Source: an uncultured Fibrobacteraceae bacterium
GTDB lineage: Bacteria; Krumholzibacteriota; Krumholzibacteriia; LZORAL124-64-63
Direction: 5' to 3'
NCBI GenBank assembly: GCA_964545545.1
Contig: CAZJGK010000001.1
Location: 35,375 to 99,374, forward strand
DNA: 64,000 nucleotides
A model generated the notes under the pieces. The model was not told the origin of the DNA. It saw nothing but the letters and a program-made list of their open reading frames with translations, and ran no database searches. The translations under genes were made by a program, and so were the position numbers. Shown in pieces: positions 18,248 through 27,257 of this stretch (the first letter of the stretch is position 1; each line of letters opens with the position of its first letter).

Positions 18248-18646
18248 TCATTCGTATGCGCGCGGCACGGCACAGATGAACACAAACGGCTCGCGGCCCG
18301 TATTGCGGAACTGGTGAACATCCCCGGGAGCCACGAAGGCGAATTCGCCGGTGCCGATGGGATGGGGATGACCCTCGGCATCGATCAGGGCGCCATGGCC
18401 GCTGATCACGAAATTCAGGTGCTCAACATCGTGGCTGTGATGGGGTGAGTGGCCACCCGGTTCAACGGTGAAGACACGAAAGGAAAAATTGGGGACACCG
18501 TCGGCGCTGCCCAAAACGAGCTGTTTTGTGATCCCCTTGACCCCCTCCATGGCGATGGGGCTCACGGGAACATCTTCGAGTTTGCGGATGATCACCACGT
18601 CTCCTTCCGGTTGTGCATTCGGCCTGCGCTGGGTATGGTTCGACAT
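18248..18646 (-). CDS. Cupin-domain protein
   Basis: Cupin_2 pattern: GGHSPHHSHDVEHLNFVISG...GDVHQFRN. 132 aa. Confidence 0.7.
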   Translation of the reverse strand: MSNHTQRRPNAQPEGDVVIIRKLEDVPVSPIAMEGVKGITKQLVLGSADGVPNFSFRVFTVEPGGHSPHHSHDVEHLNFVISGHGALIDAEGHPHPIGTGEFAFVAPGDVHQFRNTGREPFVFICAVPRAYE

Positions 18647-18706
18647 GATAAGGGAACATTGCGTGTTTCGCCGCGCTCGTTACGCTGGGGCAAGGATACG
18701 GTCCTG

Positions 18707-19135
18707 ATGGAAGATCTCATCATCAATTCCCGCGTTCGTATTCCATCAGGCGAACTGGAAATCACCGCCAGCCGTTCCTCGGGGCCCGGAGGCCAGCACG
18801 TCAACACCACCGATACGCGCATTCAGGTGCGCTGGAATATTCCCACGACCACGGCGGTGGGAAATATCCGGCGTGAACGCCTGTTGAGCGTGTTGGGTAG
18901 CCGCTTGACCACGACCGGAGACCTGATTCTGGCGTGTGACAGCCACCGCAGCCAGCGCCGCAACCGCCAGGATGTCCTGCAACGCCTGGCCGCCATGGTG
19001 CGCGCAGCCCTGGTGCCGCCTCGCCCCCGCAAGGAAACCCGTCCCAGTGCGGCCGCCAAACGACGGCGCCTGGAAGCCAAACGCCGACAGGCTCAGCGCA
19101 AGAAGAACCGTGGGCCCGTGCACGATCAGGACTGA
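18707..19135 (+). CDS. arfB: Alternative ribosome-rescue factor ArfB (peptidyl-tRNA hydrolase, YaeJ family)
   Basis: GGQ motif (GPGGQHVNTTDT) and a basic C-terminal tail (KRRRLEAKRRQAQRKKNR). About 142 aa, starting MEDLIINSRVRIP. I reject the track's N-terminal extension to 18449. Confidence 0.8.
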   Translation: MEDLIINSRVRIPSGELEITASRSSGPGGQHVNTTDTRIQVRWNIPTTTAVGNIRRERLLSVLGSRLTTTGDLILACDSHRSQRRNRQDVLQRLAAMVRAALVPPRPRKETRPSAAAKRRRLEAKRRQAQRKKNRGPVHDQD

Positions 19136-19160
19136 AGCACGGCTCATATGCCAAGTGAAA

Positions 19161-19189
19161 GTGGTCACAATTGCTCAAATCTGGTATAA
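19161..19189 (+). promoter_or_regulatory. Candidate sigma70-like promoter (TGGTCA-N17-TATAAT) about 160 nt upstream of the BNR-repeat gene
   Basis: Perfect TATAAT at 19184-19189. The -35 is weak. Sequence-only call. Confidence 0.2.
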
Positions 19190-19349
19190 TTCAGAGGAAC
19201 CATGAGCAACTTCCGCGATACACCGTTTCGATCTCATGGATCAAGGAAAGTTGGGGCCGTTCATCGCCCAACCGGGAGGAACACCTATGCCGTGGTCCTC
19301 GCGTTCGCCCAGTTGATCTTTCGCCCATTTCCGCAAAGGTGCACTCGCC

Positions 19350-22300
19350 ATGAAACGCATTGTCTTGTCGACTTCCGTCCTCGGAGCCGTCCTTCTCGTG
19401 GGCCTGTGCCTGATTGTCGGCCAGGGTCCTACGGATCAACCGTCCACCTGGTTTCAGAACCGGCACGCCCAGCTGGAAAATGAGCTTCAGCACGCCGCCC
19501 CCGGGTCGGACAGGGCCTTCAAATACCAGATGAAACTCGACCGTTTGGACGCCTACAAGGAGGGCCGGCCCCAGCCGGGATTCCCCGATGAATTCGCCCG
19601 CGTGCTCTACGAGATGAAAATTCCCAGCGACCGGACCACCCCCGAGTACACCCCCGGTTACCAGAGCCGCGCGCTGGCCAAGGCGCCCCGCCGCCAGTAC
19701 ACGGACAAGACCATCACCTGGACGCCCCGTGGCCCGGGCAATGTGGCCGGCCGCGCCCGGGGAATCATCGTCGATCCCGACGATCCCTCGGGCCTCACAT
19801 GGTTCATCGCCAGTGTGGGCGGCGGCGTGTGGAAGACCACCGACGGCGGCTCCAGCTGGCAGGTTTTGACCGACAACGTGCCCAACCTGGCCGTACAATC
19901 TTTGGCCATGGCCGCCAGTGACCACGACATCATGTACGCGGGCACCGGCGAAAGCTTCTTCAACGTCGACACCATGAACGGCAACGGCATCCTCAAATCC
20001 ACCGATCACGGCGCTACCTGGTTTCAGCTTGTCTCGACGCTGAGCGATGTCCGTTTCAACAACATTTCACGCATCATCGTCTCGCCGACGGACCCGAACC
20101 TGGTGCTCGCCTCCGCAACCACCGGCAGCTACAAGCAGACCATCTCGGCGACCTCCAGCATTTTCCGCTCGACCGACGGCGGCATAGACTGGACCGAAGT
20201 CTATAACAACCCTTCCAATCAGATTCAGCAAATCATTGCCGACCCCACGGATTTCAGTATCCAGTATGCCTGCGTCAAGAATTACGGCGTCCTCAAGTCG
20301 ATCGACGCGGGCCAGACTTGGTCACCGTCCCGCAACGGGATCACCAATACCGCGGGCCGCTTCGAGATGGCCATCTCTCCGCTGAACAACACGTACCTGT
20401 ACGCAGTATCCGAGGGATCTTCCGATGCCATATTGTGGACCTCGTGGGACAGCGGTTTTACCTGGAACCAGACCTATGAAAACGGCGGCACCGAACCCAA
20501 TTGGCTCGGCACCCAGGGCTGGTACGACAACACCATCATCTGCAGTCCCGATACTCCCACCATCGTGTACGTGGGCGGCACGGAGCTCTACAAAATCCAG
20601 CTGGATGCCGTGGGCTCCACGAACCGGACCTCGACGCCCATGGCCAGTTACTCCTTTCCCCACCCGGACCACCATTGCCTGCAGATCATCCAGCCTTCGG
20701 GCGGCGGCTGGTTCCTGCTGGGCACCAACGACGGCGGTCTGACCCGCACCGCCTCGCAGGAATCCGGATTTACCATGCCCATCAACGGGATGGTCACCAC
20801 CCAGTTCTACGGCGTGGACAAAATGCCCGGCGGCAGCGCCTACGTCGGCGGCATGCAGGACAACGGCACCTGGCGTTCACCCGTTGATGCCACCGCGAGT
20901 TCGCCCTGGGCGCCCCAGATCGGCGGCGACGGTTACGAAACCGACTGGAATTTCGACGATCCCCTGAAAATCATGGGCGGTTACCAGTTCAACGGGCTGA
21001 TGCGCTCCCTGGACGGCGGCATGACCTGGGAAGCGGCCGACAACGGACTGGGCGACACCGGCAGCAGCGCGGCCCCGTTCATCACCAAGATCGGCCAGAG
21101 CGACGCTCGGCCCGACGTGGTTTTCGCGGTCGGCTCCCAGGGTGTCTGGCGATCGACGGACTTCGGCGGCAGCTGGAGCCTGTCCACGACTCCCTCGGGT
21201 GATTGGGGTGGGCTGAGCTCCTTCCAGGACGTCAGGGTGTCCCAGGCCGATCCGGACATCGTCTGGGCCGGCTCCCGCATGGATGCCACCGGCAGCATCC
21301 TGATCTCCACCGACGGCGGCGCCACCTTCACCGCCACCACCGACTACACCTCCGTGACCATGGGCCGCATTTCCGGCCTGGCCACCGATCCCGTCTCGTC
21401 CAGCACCGCGTACGTATTGTTCTCCTACGCCACGCGGCCCAAAATCCTCAAGACCACGGACCAGGGCGCAAGCTGGGCCGACATCTCAGGCTTCGGCACC
21501 GGTTCGGTGAGCACCAACGGCTTCCCCGACGTGGCGGTTTACGACCTGATGGTCTGGCCCAACGACCCCAACCGGATCTGGGTCGGCACCGAGATCGGCT
21601 TGGTCGAATCCCTGGACGGCGGCGCAACCTGGGCCCTGGCCAACAACGGCTTGCCCGCGGTCGGTATCTGGCAGATCAGGACCGTTGAGGACCAGGTCGT
21701 GGTCGCCACCCACGGGCGCGGAATCTGGACCACCACCGACCCCGCACTGGTGACCGGCAAGACCTTCAACCCCTTGCTGGCCAACCTTTTCCAATCCCCT
21801 ACCGGGACCATGACCATCGACATGAACCTGCGCAGCGCGTACGACTCCACCCAGGTCTATGTGGACGGCGCCAAGATTCAGACCTATCCGGCCAACACCG
21901 CCCTGCAACAGGAGACCATCGAGGTTCCCGTGGTTGCCAACGGCACCCGGAACGTCTATGTCCGCGGCTTCAAGGCCGGCTCGACTTACGATTCGGTCAC
22001 CCGCACCCTTGATGTCTTCGCCCTGAGCCAGCCCCAGTTCACGTACGCCAACTCCCTGGACAACGGCAGCGACTGGGCCATGACCGAATTCTCCATCCAG
22101 ACCCCCGGCGGTTTTTCCAACCCCGCGCTGCACACGACCCACTTCTACACCAACAACAGCAGCCCGGTGGCCATGTTGACCGTGCCGGTGAGTATCTCTT
22201 CCCAGACCGACCTTTCCTTCGATGAGATCGCCATCGTCGAGCCCGGCGATCCCGGGTCGGTCTATGGCGACAGCGGTTTCTGGGATTATGTGACCGTGGA

Positions 22301-22853
22301 GGGATCCCTGGATGGGCTCACCTGGCAACCGGTGGACAGCGCTTGGGATTGCCGCGAATACAACGACTGGCTGAACGCCTTCAACGGCGGCCTGTCGGGC
22401 ACCGCAGCCATGTTCCACAACCACACCATCAACCTGAACAACACCTTCAACACCGGTGACGTGATCCTGCTGAGATTCCGCCTGTTTGCCGATGGTTACG
22501 TGACCGGTTGGGGCTGGGCCATCGACAACCTCAGCATCACCCCCCACGGGGTGTCCGGCGCCGGCGACACCCCGCGCCCGGTCACCCTGGCGCAGAATTA
22601 CCCCAACCCGTTCAACCCCATGACGACGATCTCCTTCAGCCTGGCAACCCGCAGCCCGGTCAAGATGCAGATCTTCGACACCCGCGGCCGGCTGGTGCGC
22701 ACCCTGCTCGACGAGCAGTTCAGCGAGGGCCGGCACTCCGTGGTCTGGGACGGCAAGGACAACCAGGAACGCCCATCCGCGACCGGCGTGTACCTCTACC
22801 GCCTGACCGCCGGGACCACCGTGCTGCAGGACAAGATGACGTTGATCAAATAG
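19350..22853 (+). CDS. Large secreted BNR/Asp-box repeat beta-propeller protein (sortilin/GH74-like architecture) with a T9SS C-terminal sorting domain
   Basis: Signal peptide MKRIVLSTSVLGAVLLVGLCLIVG. About 10 Asp-box repeats (STDGGSSW, STDHGATW, STDGGIDW, SIDAGQTW, SLDGGMTW, STDFGGSW, STDGGATF, TTDQGASW, SLDGGATW). The C-terminus ends MQIFDTRGRLVRTLLDE...GVYLYRLTAGTTVLQDKMTLIK. Confidence 0.85.
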   Translation: MKRIVLSTSVLGAVLLVGLCLIVGQGPTDQPSTWFQNRHAQLENELQHAAPGSDRAFKYQMKLDRLDAYKEGRPQPGFPDEFARVLYEMKIPSDRTTPEYTPGYQSRALAKAPRRQYTDKTITWTPRGPGNVAGRARGIIVDPDDPSGLTWFIASVGGGVWKTTDGGSSWQVLTDNVPNLAVQSLAMAASDHDIMYAGTGESFFNVDTMNGNGILKSTDHGATWFQLVSTLSDVRFNNISRIIVSPTDPNLVLASATTGSYKQTISATSSIFRSTDGGIDWTEVYNNPSNQIQQIIADPTDFSIQYACVKNYGVLKSIDAGQTWSPSRNGITNTAGRFEMAISPLNNTYLYAVSEGSSDAILWTSWDSGFTWNQTYENGGTEPNWLGTQGWYDNTIICSPDTPTIVYVGGTELYKIQLDAVGSTNRTSTPMASYSFPHPDHHCLQIIQPSGGGWFLLGTNDGGLTRTASQESGFTMPINGMVTTQFYGVDKMPGGSAYVGGMQDNGTWRSPVDATASSPWAPQIGGDGYETDWNFDDPLKIMGGYQFNGLMRSLDGGMTWEAADNGLGDTGSSAAPFITKIGQSDARPDVVFAVGSQGVWRSTDFGGSWSLSTTPSGDWGGLSSFQDVRVSQADPDIVWAGSRMDATGSILISTDGGATFTATTDYTSVTMGRISGLATDPVSSSTAYVLFSYATRPKILKTTDQGASWADISGFGTGSVSTNGFPDVAVYDLMVWPNDPNRIWVGTEIGLVESLDGGATWALANNGLPAVGIWQIRTVEDQVVVATHGRGIWTTTDPALVTGKTFNPLLANLFQSPTGTMTIDMNLRSAYDSTQVYVDGAKIQTYPANTALQQETIEVPVVANGTRNVYVRGFKAGSTYDSVTRTLDVFALSQPQFTYANSLDNGSDWAMTEFSIQTPGGFSNPALHTTHFYTNNSSPVAMLTVPVSISSQTDLSFDEIAIVEPGDPGSVYGDSGFWDYVTVEGSLDGLTWQPVDSAWDCREYNDWLNAFNGGLSGTAAMFHNHTINLNNTFNTGDVILLRFRLFADGYVTGWGWAIDNLSITPHGVSGAGDTPRPVTLAQNYPNPFNPMTTISFSLATRSPVKMQIFDTRGRLVRTLLDEQFSEGRHSVVWDGKDNQERPSATGVYLYRLTAGTTVLQDKMTLIK

Positions 22854-22884
22854 GCCGCGTCGCCTGCTTTGACGCGGGTCACGA

Positions 22885-22926
22885 GAAGGCCGCCAAGCCA
22901 TCGAGGGTTTGGCGGCCTTCTTTCTG
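22885..22926 (+). terminator. Rho-independent terminator
   Basis: 12-bp perfect stem GAAGGCCGCCAA...TTGGCGGCCTTC followed by TTTCT, immediately after the stop at 22853. Confidence 0.6.
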
Positions 22927-22940
22927 CGCGGGGGCACTGG

Positions 22941-23168
22941 TCAGCTTGCCGGCGTTTTCATTTGGCCCCTCCAATAATTTCCTCCGCCAATGCCCACCGG
23001 GTATGTCAAATCGCTGGCAATGACATAGACATCAATGGGCTCAAAAAACACATTTGCGCACGATACTTTTCCGCTAGCGTCAAAATAGAGACCGATGTCA
23101 TCTTCGGCACGGCAAACCCCAAAAGCCAAACAAAAGGTCACCGCCAGCAACAATTTCCACGGTCTCAT
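22941..23168 (-). CDS. Small secreted protein (about 75 aa) in a low-GC islet
   Basis: Internal ATG at 23168 gives MRPWKLLLAVTFCLAFGVCRAEDD (signal peptide). Purine-rich stretch upstream. Local GC is far below the window mean. Confidence 0.4.
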   Translation of the reverse strand: MRPWKLLLAVTFCLAFGVCRAEDDIGLYFDASGKVSCANVFFEPIDVYVIASDLTYPVGIGGGNYWRGQMKTPAS

Positions 23169-23373
23169 AGAAAATCCCCCATAATTATTTTGGGCACTTC
23201 CCTTATATCCTGATGCCGCCCCGGCGCCATGAACATCTGGCAAATCCGTTGAAAACCCAACCCCCTCCAGCCCAAGAATATTTTACAAATTTCTCGCTAT
23301 TTCCCCTTGTGTTTTCGCCAATTTTTCGCTATATTATTTCTACCTCCCAATGACCTGAAAAGGGAGCCATACC

Positions 23374-24411
23374 ATGACCGAATTCCGCAGCGGCCAGCCC
23401 GCCCCTGAAGCCCACCGAGCCCTGAAATCCTCCCTGCAAACCATGGCCAAGGCCAAGCGGTGCGCCGTGCTCTGGTTCGGGGACATCCTTGAGCGCAAAC
23501 TCTACCGGGAGCTCGGCTACAGTTCGATCAACCAGTACGCCAGGCAGGAGCTGGGGTTTTCCTCCAGCCGGACAGGCGACTTCCTGAACATCTGCCGCAA
23601 GTTGAAGGAGTTGCCAAAGGTGAGGGAAGAGGTGGCTTCAGGGCGCCTGGGCTACACGGCGGCGCGGGTGTTGGTGACGGTGGCGGATCAGGGCAACGAA
23701 GGGGCATGGCTGAAGGTGGCGCAGCAGGTTCCCCGGCGGGAACTGGAGCTGGCCGTGAAACGGGCCAAAAAGGAGGCGGTCGACAGCAGATCGGGGCAGA
23801 CCTCATTGATACCGAGGAAAGCAAGCCGGCCGGCCGCCGTCGTTCCCGTTCGCCTGAGCCTGGAATTGTCGCCGACCCAGTTCGCCCGCTACGAATCTCT
23901 CTGGGCGCAGATCCGCAAAACCGGCGGAGTTTCGGCCGACAAGGGAGAAGCCCTCCTGGAAATCATGGCCTCGTTCCTGGGCCGAAGTTCCCCCCGGGGG
24001 GATCCTCCCCGGGCCGCCAAAGCGCCGGTACAAATCCATATTCACCAGTGTCCGGACTGCGCCAAGGCCTCCGTGCAAACAGGTAAGGGCGAACTGGCCA
24101 TGGGCAATGCCGAACGGGACCGCGCCCTGTGCGATGCCATGATCAGCCGGGAACACGGGCGCAACCGATCCGCCATTCCCCCGGCCACCCGCCGTGGGGT
24201 TCTGGCCCGCGATCGGCACCGATGTCAGAATTCCGGTTGTGGCCACACGCAGTTCCTGGAGGTGCACCACAGGATTCCGCGATCCCGGGGGGGATCAAAT
24301 GATCCGGGCAATCTCCTGACATTGTGCTCTGCATGCCATCAGCTGTTGCACGAACAGGTGTTGCAGGGGATCGACGCAGGGCCGCTGGCGAAGGTGGGTT
24401 CGGGGCCGTAA
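23374..24411 (+). CDS. DUF222-HNH endonuclease-domain protein
   Basis: HNH motif LEVHHRIPRSRGGSNDPGNLLTLCSACH. The N-terminal region resembles the DUF222 family of actinobacterial 13E12-repeat HNH proteins. AAGGGAG RBS. It is preceded by about 450 bp of AT-rich sequence. Confidence 0.85.
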   Translation: MTEFRSGQPAPEAHRALKSSLQTMAKAKRCAVLWFGDILERKLYRELGYSSINQYARQELGFSSSRTGDFLNICRKLKELPKVREEVASGRLGYTAARVLVTVADQGNEGAWLKVAQQVPRRELELAVKRAKKEAVDSRSGQTSLIPRKASRPAAVVPVRLSLELSPTQFARYESLWAQIRKTGGVSADKGEALLEIMASFLGRSSPRGDPPRAAKAPVQIHIHQCPDCAKASVQTGKGELAMGNAERDRALCDAMISREHGRNRSAIPPATRRGVLARDRHRCQNSGCGHTQFLEVHHRIPRSRGGSNDPGNLLTLCSACHQLLHEQVLQGIDAGPLAKVGSGP

Positions 24412-24416
24412 TCGGC

Positions 24417-25559
24417 TCAGTACAGCTCGTATTTCACCAGCCGGCCGTCCAGTCCCCCGTTGCGCAGGGGAATGCGGCGGGCCGTCTTCAGCCCCACGAA
24501 CTTGAACAGTTCGGGATCTCCCAGGTAGATCCAGGCCTCGCTGCCCGTGCATTTCTGCTTCAGGAAATCGCCGAAATCCTGCATGAATTCGGCCATCTCC
24601 CCGGCCTCTTTCATCCGGATCCCGTAAGGCGGATTGCAGACGATCAGCCGGTTTTCCAGGGGTTCCAGATCGTGGAAATCGGCCGTCCTTACGCGCAGCT
24701 CGTCGCCGCCGGGCAGGCGGGCGTTGTTGGCGCGCGTCATGCGCACGGCCTTGGCGTTGATGTCGCTGCCGCGGATCAATCCCCCGCGCACCGACTTGAC
24801 CTTGTTGTCTTCCTGCAGTTTGACCTTGAACCACACCCGGCGATCGAAATCCGGCAGCGTCATGAAACCGAACTTCTTGCGCAACACTCCGGGGGGAATG
24901 TTTCCGGCCTTGAGCCAGGCCTCGCTCAACAGCGTGCCCGAGCCGCACATGGGGTCGTACAACGGCTTCTTGCCGTCCCAGCCCGCCAGATCCAGGATCG
25001 CGGCGGCCAGCGTCTCCTGGATGGGCGCATCCACCGATTCCTGGCGATAGCCGCGCCGGTGCAGGGAACCGCCGGAGCAGTCGATGCCGATGGTGACCTC
25101 GTCCTCCAGGATGTGCACCGAGATCCACAGGTCGGGTTCGCGTGGATCGACGTTGGGCCGCTTGCCTTTGTAGCGCTTGCGGAACATGTCCGCCACGCAA
25201 TCCTTGACCTTCAGGGCGGCGAATTGGCTGTGATCGATGTGGCTGCGGTGGGCGTTGGCGAACACGGCGAAGGTCTGGTCCAGGCGCATGATGCGGGTCC
25301 AGTCGACCCTCTTCGCTCCCAGGTAGAGTTGTTCCGGGGTCTCGGCCTTGAAGGTCACCAGGGGGGCCACGACGCGGCTCAACAGGCGGGACCGGTAATT
25401 GACCCTGCACAGGGTTTCCAGATCGGCCTCGAACATGAGTCCGCGCTTGCGCGCCCGGATGGCCTTGGCGCCCAGGCCGTCGAGTTCGAGCGCAGCCAAT
25501 TCCTCCAGGCCGCCTGCGGTCTGGCCGAAAAATTCTCCGCGCTGCTGGTACAAGAACAT
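24417..25559 (-). CDS. THUMP-domain class I SAM-dependent RNA methyltransferase (RlmL/UPF0020-like)
   Basis: NPPYG motif (VCNPPYGIRM). GxGxG SAM site (DPMCGSGTLL). THUMP-like N-terminus. I place the start at the internal ATG (MFLYQQRGEFFGQTAGGLEEL). Confidence 0.8.
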   Translation of the reverse strand: MFLYQQRGEFFGQTAGGLEELAALELDGLGAKAIRARKRGLMFEADLETLCRVNYRSRLLSRVVAPLVTFKAETPEQLYLGAKRVDWTRIMRLDQTFAVFANAHRSHIDHSQFAALKVKDCVADMFRKRYKGKRPNVDPREPDLWISVHILEDEVTIGIDCSGGSLHRRGYRQESVDAPIQETLAAAILDLAGWDGKKPLYDPMCGSGTLLSEAWLKAGNIPPGVLRKKFGFMTLPDFDRRVWFKVKLQEDNKVKSVRGGLIRGSDINAKAVRMTRANNARLPGGDELRVRTADFHDLEPLENRLIVCNPPYGIRMKEAGEMAEFMQDFGDFLKQKCTGSEAWIYLGDPELFKFVGLKTARRIPLRNGGLDGRLVKYELY

Positions 25560-25570
25560 GATAGGCGTTT

Positions 25571-26026
25571 TCAGGTTTCCCGACGCAGCATCAAGAGATG
25601 ATCGATGCCGCACTCGCTGAAAACTTCTCCTTCCCTGATGAAACCGAACTCGTTGTAGAATTCCTCAAGATAGACCTGGGCATGGAGCTTGAACCCGCGG
25701 GCTCCGCGCAATCGCGCCTGGTCCAGCAGGAACTGCACAATCTGCCGGGCAATACCGCGGCCGCGCCAGCGGGGCCTGACGGCGATGCGCTCCAGTTTCG
25801 CCCAACCGTCCGGCAACATCCGCAAACGCCCCGCGGCCACCGGCTGGCCCTCGACTTCTCCCAGGACATGGACGGCCTCCTGTTCGTAGCCGTCGATCTC
25901 CCCGGCCCAGTCCACGCCCTGTTCCTCGATGAAGACGATGCCCCGCACGACCATCACCTTCAGGATGTCCTGTTCGCTGGTGGCCAGGTGAATTTCCGCC
26001 GGCGCTTTGTCGCCCGTTGGTATCAT
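25571..26026 (-). CDS. GNAT-family N-acetyltransferase
   Basis: Internal start MIPTGDKAP with AGGAGG upstream. GNAT motif RPRWRGRGIARQIVQFLLDQARLRGARGFKLHAQ. Confidence 0.75.
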   Translation of the reverse strand: MIPTGDKAPAEIHLATSEQDILKVMVVRGIVFIEEQGVDWAGEIDGYEQEAVHVLGEVEGQPVAAGRLRMLPDGWAKLERIAVRPRWRGRGIARQIVQFLLDQARLRGARGFKLHAQVYLEEFYNEFGFIREGEVFSECGIDHLLMLRRET

Positions 26027-26087
26027 GCTACAGTTAACCTCCTGCTCATTAGGCAATGATAACGATCCGGGGAGTGAAAGGCACCTT

Positions 26088-27248
26088 ATGTCCCTCATCG
26101 AATTCAAAAAGATCCAGCCGGGGCTCCATGTTTTCGCCTGGAAACTCGGCTCGGTGGGCCTGGTGTGGGGCCCCCGCGGTATCCGCCGGGTTGAACTGGG
26201 AGGACATGATTGCAACCCGGTCACCGCCCGGCTGGTATCCCATTTCCCGGACCTTCCTCCGCTCCAGAGGGCCCCCGCCCCCGTGGCGGCCTTGGTGGGG
26301 CGCCTGAAAAGTCTGGCTGCCGGCAAAGCGGACCAGCTGCTGGATGTGCCGGTGGATCTGGACGGATGCTCGGCGTTCTCCCGGGCCGTTTACAGCGCCC
26401 TGCGCAAAATCGGTCCCGGCAAGGTCACGACCTACGGTGAGCTGGCGGCCATGGCCGGCCGGCCGGGCGCCGCCCGCGCCGTGGGCCGCATCATGGGCGC
26501 CAACCCCGTGCCCCTGATCGTGCCCTGCCACCGTTGCCTGGGCAGGGATGGCTCCCTCACCGGGTTTTCCAGCACGGGCGGCATCGAATTGAAGGCCCGC
26601 CTGCTGCACTTCGAGGGTTACGCCCGCAACCCGGAGCACGCCCGGGGCATCGCCCATCTGCGGCGGCGTGACCGCATCCTGCGTCCGGTCATCGATGCCT
26701 TCGGCCCCTACCTCGCTGTTCCCGACAAACCCGGGCCGCCCTACGACACGCTGGTCAGCGCCATCGTCCATCAGCAATTGTCCCTCAAGGCCGGGCGCAC
26801 CATCGCCGGTCGCGTGCGCGATCTCACGCCCGGACCGCGATTCCCCACTCCGCAACAGATGCTGGCCCTGGATCCGCAGAAGCTGCGCGCCGCGGGCCTC
26901 TCGGGCCAGAAGGCCGGTTATGTGCGGGATCTGGCCGCGCGCGTCGGTGACGGACGGCTGAACCTGCGCTCCCTGAACCGCCTGAGCGATGAGGAGGTGA
27001 TCGCCACCCTGACCACCGTCAAGGGCATCGGCGTGTGGTCGGCGCACATGCATATGATTTTCCAGATGGGGCGTCTGGACGTGTTTCCGGTGGGGGATCT
27101 GGGGGTGAAAACCGCCGCCGCTCGGCTTTACGGTCTGGGTGAAAACCCGACCGCCCGGCAACTGGAGCAGGTGGCCGAAACCTGGCGCCCCTTCCGCAGC
27201 CTGGGCGCGTGGTACCTGTGGCGGTCCCTGGAAGCGGGGGGAATGTAG
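26088..27248 (+). CDS. Bifunctional methylated-DNA-protein-cysteine methyltransferase (MGMT/Ogt) fused to a DNA-3-methyladenine glycosylase II (AlkA-like, HhH-GPD)
   Basis: N-terminal half carries PCHRC (VPCHRCLGRDGSLTGFSSTGGIELKARLL). C-terminal half has the HhH-GPD helix-hairpin-helix (TLTTVKGIGVWSAHMHMIFQMGRLDVFPVGDLGV). I place the start at the internal ATG MSLIEFKK. Confidence 0.8.
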   Translation: MSLIEFKKIQPGLHVFAWKLGSVGLVWGPRGIRRVELGGHDCNPVTARLVSHFPDLPPLQRAPAPVAALVGRLKSLAAGKADQLLDVPVDLDGCSAFSRAVYSALRKIGPGKVTTYGELAAMAGRPGAARAVGRIMGANPVPLIVPCHRCLGRDGSLTGFSSTGGIELKARLLHFEGYARNPEHARGIAHLRRRDRILRPVIDAFGPYLAVPDKPGPPYDTLVSAIVHQQLSLKAGRTIAGRVRDLTPGPRFPTPQQMLALDPQKLRAAGLSGQKAGYVRDLAARVGDGRLNLRSLNRLSDEEVIATLTTVKGIGVWSAHMHMIFQMGRLDVFPVGDLGVKTAAARLYGLGENPTARQLEQVAETWRPFRSLGAWYLWRSLEAGGM

Positions 27249-27257
27249 CGGACAGAA

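Noticed and set aside
18449-18706. N-terminal extension of arfB overlapping the cupin gene on the opposite strand
   Set aside because: ArfB homologues are about 140 aa. The internal ATG (MEDLIINSRV...) matches the family N-terminus.
19191-20009. 272-aa minus ORF, and 19202..19483 plus ORF
   Set aside because: Both overlap the BNR gene start region. No motifs; the BNR gene has a clear signal peptide and Asp-box repeats.
21486-22937. 483-aa ORF antisense to the BNR gene
   Set aside because: Antisense artefact.
24295-25601. Two overlapping ORFs (371 aa minus, 425 aa plus) over the THUMP methyltransferase
   Set aside because: The THUMP frame carries NPPYG and SAM-binding motifs. The others are Arg/Gly/Pro-rich with no signal.
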